A stretch of 64,000 nt of DNA from an uncultured Candidatus Saccharibacteria bacterium (GTDB lineage Bacteria > Patescibacteriota > Minisyncoccia > Phycocordibacterales > UBA6899). The position numbers and the translations under genes are program-made. Positions 57,784 to 64,000 of this stretch are shown here, one piece after another (position 1 is the stretch's first letter; the number at the start of each line of letters is the position of its first letter). The DNA is taken from the NCBI GenBank assembly GCA_964515375.1, contig CAZERF010000002.1, positions 93,164 to 157,163 on the forward strand, read 5' to 3'. Below the pieces are notes generated by a model that saw only the letters and a list, made by a program, of their open reading frames with translations, did not search any database and was not told where the DNA came from.

Positions 57784-58239
57784 ATGGCAATGAAACTACG
57801 TGCATCAAAAGAGGTCGTTGTCGCCGCTCTTGTGACCGACAAGGAGGGGAGAGTGCTCATTGTGGAACCCGAGCATAAGGAAGGATGGATCTTTCCCGGC
57901 GGTAGTGTTGAACAAGGAGAGCCACCCTCCGAGGCGTGCGCGCGTGCGATCGAAGAAGAGTTGGGGGTGAGCATCGAGAGTCCAACACGCCTCCTGAGTG
58001 TCGACTATCGCGGATGCGACGGAGAGTACATCATGTTTATTTTCGATTGTGGTACGTTTGACGATGAGCTCGTCAAGACGATCACTCTTCCGGAGGGATT
58101 ACTCGCATATCGCTTTGCGACCGTTGATGAGGCGATGAAACTTCTTCGCCCCAACAGTGCGCGTCGCCTCAAGCCGACGCTCGCGGCGCGAAGCGGGATG
58201 AGTATCGCATATCTCGAACACCAAGAACTCTTTTCTTGA
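57784..58239 (+). CDS. NUDIX hydrolase
   Basis: FPGGSVEQGEPPSEACARAIEEELGV is the Nudix box. Confidence 0.75.
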   Translation: MAMKLRASKEVVVAALVTDKEGRVLIVEPEHKEGWIFPGGSVEQGEPPSEACARAIEEELGVSIESPTRLLSVDYRGCDGEYIMFIFDCGTFDDELVKTITLPEGLLAYRFATVDEAMKLLRPNSARRLKPTLAARSGMSIAYLEHQELFS

Positions 58240-58377
58240 ACTTTTTGCGAGAGAGGAGGAGGTCGGTCATTTGTTGTGCCCTGTCGCGGTGCATAACTCC
58301 TCTTTTCATGTGCGTCATAATATGTACAATGGTACCTTCCTTGCCGATTAGACGGGGAAGTCAAAAGAAGACATTTT

Positions 58378-59643
58378 ATGGCAACTATTGCGATCATTGT
58401 GTTCGTGCTCGGGTACATCCTGATCACGTTAGAACACCGTTTGAGTGTCAACAAATCGATCACTGCGACCGCCATTGGTGCGATCCTTTGGGTCATTATC
58501 GCGCTTAGCGGTGAACACGTTGAGGAAGCTATTCACGGTATTTCCGCAGAAACCTTCTCGCTTGTTGCGTTCTTGCTTGCGGCCATGACGCTGGTCGAGA
58601 TCCTTGTTCACTATCGTTTTTTTGATTATGTTCGTGTGCGACTCTATGAGCTGGGTCTCGATGATCGATCCCAGCTCTTTCTTATCTCCGGTATCGCTTT
58701 TACTCTCTCGGCGGTCATCGACAACCTGACCACAACGATCGTCATGATCCAGATCGCGCGGCGATTCTTCAAAGGAAAGAATCTGTTGATCGCCGGAGGG
58801 TCTATTGTTGTCGCCGCGAACGCGGGCGGAGCATTCTCTCCGATCGGAGATGTGACCACGATCATGATCTGGCTTGCGGGAAAGTTCACCGCGACGGAGA
58901 TCCTTCTTTGGGGATTCTTGCCCGCACTCGCATTGCTTGTTGTGAGCACCTTCCTTTTTGCACGACAACTTGAAGGGACAACGCCTGACGAGAAGCCGGC
59001 GACTTTTGAGGACCTGACCCTCTCTCGTTCAGAGAAAACGGTCATCACGCTTGCCTTTCTCTCTTTCTCCTTTCCGGTCATCGCGCACCTGATCGGACTA
59101 CCACCCTTCATGGGGCTTTTGCTTGGGGTCGGTATCGTCGGAGGGGTCATTGGGTTCTTTGCAAACGGTTTTTCAAAGCGTGAATCCCACCTTTCGCTCG
59201 ATATTCAAAAGATCATGGGCAAGGTCGACATCACGAGCCTCCTTTTCTTTATTGGTATTCTCTTTGCGGTCGGCGCGTTGGGGCATCTTGGCGTACTTGA
59301 GCGGATCTCTCACTCTCTCTTTGGTGCGGATCCTGAATCGTGGCGGCTCATTCTCGGAAGTATTTTCTTGGGCATGGTCTCGTCGGTGTTGGATAACATT
59401 CCTCTTACTGCGGCCGCGCTCGATATCTTGAAGACGACTGACCCGTCGATCTGGGTACTCTTGGCGCTCGCGGTCGGAACAGGGGGTTCGCTTCTCGTTA
59501 TTGGTTCGGCAGCCGGAGTCGTTGCGATGGGCATGGTCAAAGAACTGACCTTCAAAAATTATGTAACGATCGCGACCCTCCCCGCGCTCTCTGGTTATGT
59601 TGTGTGTATGCTGGTCTGGTATATACAGTACCTTATTTTCTGA
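58378..59643 (+). CDS. ArsB/NhaD-superfamily permease (NhaD-like Na+/H+ antiporter or anion permease)
   Basis: 421 aa with ~11 TM helices and two-fold internal repeat architecture. A terminator follows at 59665-59695. Confidence 0.7.
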   Translation: MATIAIIVFVLGYILITLEHRLSVNKSITATAIGAILWVIIALSGEHVEEAIHGISAETFSLVAFLLAAMTLVEILVHYRFFDYVRVRLYELGLDDRSQLFLISGIAFTLSAVIDNLTTTIVMIQIARRFFKGKNLLIAGGSIVVAANAGGAFSPIGDVTTIMIWLAGKFTATEILLWGFLPALALLVVSTFLFARQLEGTTPDEKPATFEDLTLSRSEKTVITLAFLSFSFPVIAHLIGLPPFMGLLLGVGIVGGVIGFFANGFSKRESHLSLDIQKIMGKVDITSLLFFIGILFAVGALGHLGVLERISHSLFGADPESWRLILGSIFLGMVSSVLDNIPLTAAALDILKTTDPSIWVLLALAVGTGGSLLVIGSAAGVVAMGMVKELTFKNYVTIATLPALSGYVVCMLVWYIQYLIF

Positions 59644-59703
59644 GTGAAATTTGTTGTGAGAGAAAAGAGTCGCCTTCCTCCGGCGACTCTTTTCTTTTGT
59701 TGG

Positions 59704-60153
59704 TCAACGAACAAGCGTCTTTCCCGATTTGGTCCACGCATTCGTTCCTCCATCCAACTCAACAATATTTTGAAATCTGAGCGCTCGCATTTCGTTCACC
59801 GCTGTCCTGCTCCTATTTCCGGAACGACAATAGACAAAATAGTATCCGTCCTTTGGGAGGGTCGCGATACGTGAGGTAAAGTCGGGAGCCGTTGCATCGA
59901 TCAGTGTCGCGCCCGCAATGTGCCCCTCCTTGAATTCTTCGGGCGTGCGAAGGTCGATGAGGGTTACATTGGAAGCATCGATATCCTTGCTCCACACAGA
60001 CACTGCCGCAAGATGAATCCCCGCTTTTGTATACAATTCATGAGAAGGGGAGTATCGCGCGAGAACGATGAGTAGTGCAATAAAGAGACCAGCAAGAATG
60101 ATCTTCTTTGCCGTAGAGAAGTGGAGCGTATGTTCCTTTGATCGTGTTGACAT
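59704..60153 (-). CDS. Membrane-anchored rhodanese-domain sulfurtransferase
   Basis: Active-site loop YCRSGNRS (CRxGxR). N-terminal TM helix. Confidence 0.8.
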   Translation of the reverse strand: MSTRSKEHTLHFSTAKKIILAGLFIALLIVLARYSPSHELYTKAGIHLAAVSVWSKDIDASNVTLIDLRTPEEFKEGHIAGATLIDATAPDFTSRIATLPKDGYYFVYCRSGNRSRTAVNEMRALRFQNIVELDGGTNAWTKSGKTLVR

Positions 60154-60595
60154 ATGAGAGGATGATACTCATTTGAAGTGGCTTCGACAAGCGTTTGACT
60201 TTGTTTTTGTATCGGCATAGAGTGTGAGCGGTTTGTTGCGAGTGTGTTTCATACGGAGGAAATAATGAGAAGCGCACATTTTGTCCTTTCCTTGCTACGC
60301 GCAAAGTTTTCTCGAGGAACCTTTCGTTCTCCTGTCGGAGAATTTATTGATCGTCTTTCCGATATGGTCAACGATTCGGCTCGGCTCAACCTCAAACAGG
60401 AGCAGATGCTTGCCGAGCAGATCGGTGCGATCGAGAACGACGGAGCGTTGACACCAATGAATATGACCATGCTTGCCGTATGGATAAATAGCTGCGGATA
60501 AGCAGCTCCTTCTTGGCCCGCGCACGTCAATCGCGCGGGTTTTGCTTATATTTCTCTTTTGTGTTATAATTAAAAAATAGTTTAATTTATTATCT

Positions 60596-60946
60596 ATGGA
60601 GCAGTTGAACAATGAGGAGCGATACGGACAAGCGCGAAACGCTGATCGTATGTATGGAGATGCCGGTGAGGAAGATCGGTCATATCAATATGAAGGGGGT
60701 ATTGATCCTTCTCCTGAACTAAAGGGTCCATATCAGGGTCTTTCTTCCTTTACAACAAATCTTGTTGTTGGCGAAAATTTGAAGACATCGACCGAGTCTA
60801 TTCTCGATCCTCATGAGCAGATGGCGCGTCTTTTGGAGATGAAAATTACCGCAACGTTGGAGGGTGACAAAGAGAGGGAGACGCAGCTCCAAAAGATGAT
60901 CGCTCTTCATGGGGAAAAGCACAATATTCCATATAATGATCGGTGA
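60596..60946 (+). CDS. Hypothetical acidic protein
   Basis: 116-aa ORF preceded by an AT-rich promoter-like region. No domain recognised. Confidence 0.4.
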   Translation: MEQLNNEERYGQARNADRMYGDAGEEDRSYQYEGGIDPSPELKGPYQGLSSFTTNLVVGENLKTSTESILDPHEQMARLLEMKITATLEGDKERETQLQKMIALHGEKHNIPYNDR

Positions 60947-61029
60947 TCTTGCCCCCCGTTTTGAGTGGCGTTGAGTGCCTCGTGATCACACCCTTAGGAT
61001 GCTTCTGTAACATTGAATCATTGTAAAAC

Positions 61030-61970
61030 TATCGTTTCATAGTCAACACCTTTGCATCACTTCCTGTGGTGTTTGATAATTGATTCCCATGTGTAATCGT
61101 TCCGTATTGTAATACGGAAGATATTTACTTATGGCGGCACGAAAGTCTTTCACGTTACGGGCAGTGTGATCCAGGCACTCTTCCTGAACTGTGCGATTAA
61201 ATCGCTCAACATGCGCATTGTCATTAGACTTCCGCACTCGAGAGTGTCGATGGGCGATCCCCATGGCAAGGAGTCGATGCGTGAAGCGGATGGTGAACTC
61301 CGGTCCGTTGCAACTCTGTACCATGACGAACGGAAAGGTCGTTTTTTTGTGCCGCATGCTTCAAGAACACTACACTTGCTTCCGCACCGATCTTCTCCAT
61401 CACCTCCGCATATGCCCATCGTGCATAGAGATCAATCAAGGTGTACAGGTATATCCGTGACCCGTCGGGAGCAAGGATGTGGATGGTGTCCACCTGTATC
61501 AGGGCTCCAGGAAAGGATGCTTCCGGTCTTGGAGCGGCATCATGTGGTCGTTTCCATGGACTACGTTTTTTGAGCAAGAAACTACGTTCCAGCGTGCGCT
61601 GTACTGAGGAAAGTGATACCTTCACACCATCGCGCAGAAGCAACTGATGGACCACTTGACCAGACCGATTGATCTCAGTGCGTTTCTTCACGATCGTCCG
61701 CACAATTTCCCGGAACAGGGCACGGGGACTCGTCTTCGGTCTCGAGGATCTGGTCGGAATCGCATCATATCCTCGTCGGGCCGCAATCTGTCCCCATCGT
61801 GCGATGGTACTTTGGTTGTATCCAAGATGTCGTGCCACATCTCTAGTACTCCATCCTTTTGCCAATAATACGACTGCATCACCCCTCCTCTTTGGCATCT
61901 TGGGGTTTGTGGTGTATGCCATATGTCTTCATGATAATCCACATGGTGATGCAAAGGTATTGAAACATTA
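61030..61970 (-). mobile_element. IS481-like insertion sequence (~940 bp) with a frameshifted, inactive transposase
   Basis: Imperfect terminal inverted repeats TCAACACCTTTGCATCAC (61043-61060) and GTGATGCAAAGGTATTGA (61946-61963). Minus-strand ORFs 61224-61922 (HTH + DDE start, IQVDTIHI...YLYTLIDLYARWAY) and 61043-61357 (DDE C-terminus, NGPEF...ERFNRT) overlap in different frames. Confidence 0.7.
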
Positions 61971-62039
61971 CGACTATTTGACTAGTACTCTATTTTTTGA
62001 TATAATGAAATAGGTCAGTACAAAGACAAGGAGATAGTC

Positions 62040-62576
62040 ATGGGTGATAATGCAAGACTCTTGTGCCTCGCGCAAAAAGAGAAGCCCCTGCTTTTGTCGA
62101 GGGGTGATTTTATTCCGAGGGCATGGAAGGTGTTGCGCCGGTTCTTCGCTGTGCATCATGATGAACCGGAGGTGATTTCGGCGCGTGAACGTGAAGGATA
62201 TTTTCTTCCTCGGGTCTTTGCCGGAACCACGATCCTTCTTTCATCGCTCCCTACCCTTCCAACCACACAGAGTGTTGTAACGACCGGATCGCTTTTTCTT
62301 TTAGAACCTGAACTACCGATCTTTTCGCTCGACGCGTCTTTTGCGTGGTTTCCTGAGGTGAGTTCTTTGGGGGGGTTGATCACGCGGGTCTATTCTGATA
62401 GGTCTCATTTCACTCAAGAGGGTATTCCTCCCGATGCGACGCGCGCGTTCACATTGCTCGCGCTCAATCATCCGGAGATCTTTGACGAGGAAGAGGAGTG
62501 GACTCCTCACGTGCTCTACTCTTTCTTGAGAATGTTGCAGAGGGACCGCGCGGCGCTTGAGGTGTTGGTGCGGTAA
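62040..62576 (+). CDS. Hypothetical protein
   Basis: 178-aa ORF with RBS aaggagatagtcATG. Confidence 0.5.
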   Translation: MGDNARLLCLAQKEKPLLLSRGDFIPRAWKVLRRFFAVHHDEPEVISAREREGYFLPRVFAGTTILLSSLPTLPTTQSVVTTGSLFLLEPELPIFSLDASFAWFPEVSSLGGLITRVYSDRSHFTQEGIPPDATRAFTLLALNHPEIFDEEEEWTPHVLYSFLRMLQRDRAALEVLVR

Positions 62577-62606
62577 TCTTGGATCTGTAAAATTTTGGAG
62601 GCACGA

Positions 62607-62852
62607 ATGAAGCAACATCTTGATCCGATCGAACCGGAGGGATTACGGCCGGGGTATGAAGGACTCGTTTCTTTCCCTCACTTTCAGGCGGAGACCACTC
62701 TTCCGGAGCCGTACAAGAAGAAGGGGCCGGAAGCGCTCCTTGCTCGGTTGCGTTCATCGCTTCTTGATGCGCGTGTCGAGGACAACACGGTCGAGATCTG
62801 TCGAATTGAGCGCATGATCGATCTCTTGTGTCGGCGTCACGGTCTTTCTTAG
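62607..62852 (+). CDS. Hypothetical small protein
   Basis: 81 aa. RBS ttggaggcacgaATG. A terminator follows at 62868-62896. Confidence 0.5.
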   Translation: MKQHLDPIEPEGLRPGYEGLVSFPHFQAETTLPEPYKKKGPEALLARLRSSLLDARVEDNTVEICRIERMIDLLCRRHGLS

Positions 62853-62914
62853 GTTTGAATATCCACGAACGGGGCAGATGCCCCGTTTTCTTTTTGTGTG
62901 TGTTGTGTATTCCC

Positions 62915-63397
62915 CTACTGCAGTTTTTTGTCTCGAACATCGCGAAAATTCACAAGAACATTCATTGAAAAATTCCACATGCCGGCCAAGAGCGCGATCG
63001 CGATGCGGGCGGTAAGGTAGTGGATCCCAAGTTTCTCAACCATAAAGTAAAGCCCTGCCGTGATGATCCCGAGTCCGACGAGCGCGATCAGGAGGAAGTA
63101 TGCGTACCCCGTCCATATTCCTCGTGTTGTCCCAAAAAAGACAAATCGTCTTGAGAGCATATAATTTCCGGTGATCGCAACAAGGAACGCGATGCTTGCG
63201 GAGAGGAGATAGTTGAGTCCGCCAAGTTCGGTAAGCAGAAAGAGGAGGAGAAGGTCAAGCGCGAAGGTTGCGGATGAGAATAAACTGTAACGCAAAAGTC
63301 TTCGGGAGAAAGATATTTCCGCGAGTCGTGTAATGATCCGCATACATAAAAAGTATAGCAAGAATAAAACACGGGACGAATGTCCCGTGTTTTCCAT
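62915..63397 (-). CDS. GtrA family membrane protein (polysaccharide-synthesis-associated)
   Basis: Four TM helices and the C-terminal NFSMNVLVNFRD motif typical of GtrA-like proteins. Confidence 0.65.
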   Translation of the reverse strand: MENTGHSSRVLFLLYFLCMRIITRLAEISFSRRLLRYSLFSSATFALDLLLLFLLTELGGLNYLLSASIAFLVAITGNYMLSRRFVFFGTTRGIWTGYAYFLLIALVGLGIITAGLYFMVEKLGIHYLTARIAIALLAGMWNFSMNVLVNFRDVRDKKLQ

Positions 63398-63415
63398 CCC
63401 ATGTTGGTGTTTGCG

Positions 63416-63997
63416 CTAGAAGGTCGGCGTGCACACGTAGATGAGTCTGTTTGTGTAGTCCGACGCCGCCGCTTGGAGTGCGGAGACCTGGATCTTGTAG
63501 CCTACGCGCGCCTTTCCGATGTTTTGTGTCGTTCCGTCCGCTGGTCCGGTATTTGAGAATACGGTGCGAGTTGTGGTTGCAAAGAAATTCCCGGCGTACT
63601 TGATAGCCGAACCCGAATAGAATTCGTTGCCATTCAAATCGGTATCGTTGCTCGTAAGGCCGATGTGTCCGTAAGTGGCGACATTGCCGAGGGTTGCACT
63701 TGGTGCTGCCCATGCGATCGGTGTGGCAACGCGCGCGCCGTCATTGAAAAGGTGAATGCGCGCACCGTTTCCGGACATGAGATCCTGGTCTTGGCGTACG
63801 GTTACGATGAAACCGTTTGCGGCATTCGTGGTGACCGAGAGATCCTGCGCCGCAAGGACCGGAGTTCCCGACGCGAGTGAACCGAAGCCGATCGCTGTCG
63901 CGGTGGTCGTGGTCGAGATCGTCTCGCCGTTGACGGTTTGCCCGCTTGCGACACCCGCGACGCTGAAGGTGAGTGTTGCGTCGACGGACGCGGTCAC
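63416..63997 (-). CDS. Thr/Ser/Gly/Ala-rich surface protein, C-terminal part (N-terminus at or beyond the window end)
   Basis: Open frame reaching the window edge. Low-complexity beta-rich composition similar to other surface proteins in the window. Confidence 0.5.
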   Translation of the reverse strand: MTASVDATLTFSVAGVASGQTVNGETISTTTTATAIGFGSLASGTPVLAAQDLSVTTNAANGFIVTVRQDQDLMSGNGARIHLFNDGARVATPIAWAAPSATLGNVATYGHIGLTSNDTDLNGNEFYSGSAIKYAGNFFATTTRTVFSNTGPADGTTQNIGKARVGYKIQVSALQAAASDYTNRLIYVCTPTF

Positions 63998-64000
63998 AGT

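Noticed and set aside
60265-60501. 79-85-aa plus-strand ORF upstream of 60596
   Set aside because: No RBS and no motif. Retained only as a possibility.

Overview
Bacterial chromosome segment of roughly 50-55% GC with several sharply AT-rich insertions. The organism appears small-genome, possibly CPR/Parcubacteria-like, with evident horizontal acquisitions. A conserved core is readable on both strands: ruvA, rpsT, a trehalose-6-P synthase fused to a sensor module plus a GT4 glycosyltransferase, dedA, ruvX, pilM/pilN/pilO, acyP, uppS, an RluA pseudouridine synthase, rplS, creD, the prkA-yeaH-spoVR stress operon, a PduO-type adenosyltransferase, ABC transporter genes, and ion transporters. Eight tRNA genes were found by eye: Arg-GCG, Ser-TGA, Val-TAC, Arg-TCT, Leu-GAG, Leu-CAG, a 137-nt tRNA-like pseudo-element, and His-GTG. 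At least four of them are flanked by duplicated tRNA 3'-end fragments, the signature of integrase att sites and integration scars. The main accessory feature is an approximately 18.4-kb integrated island at tRNA-His (27570-46076). It is bounded by an exact 19-bp direct repeat of the tRNA 3' end and carries a large serine recombinase. Its cargo is defence-type: a DUF4238 gene; a tightly coupled MORC-like GHKL ATPase + unknown 288-aa protein + Type III Mod/Res operon; and a ParB-methyltransferase fusion. Beyond attR lies a second accessory stretch (Fic, NUDIX, DUF2075 NTPase), then a signal-peptide-bearing Hcp-like protein. Other oddities: a conserved ~60-nt motif that recurs three times next to tRNA-3'-like sequences; a tandem tRNA-Leu fragment array upstream of prkA; a tRNA-Val partial duplication with a structured 130-nt insert; a secreted-protein gene interrupted by a single in-frame TGA; and a decayed IS481-like element. 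No CRISPR array or rRNA was seen. All calls rest on reading the translations and sequence by eye; no database searches were run.
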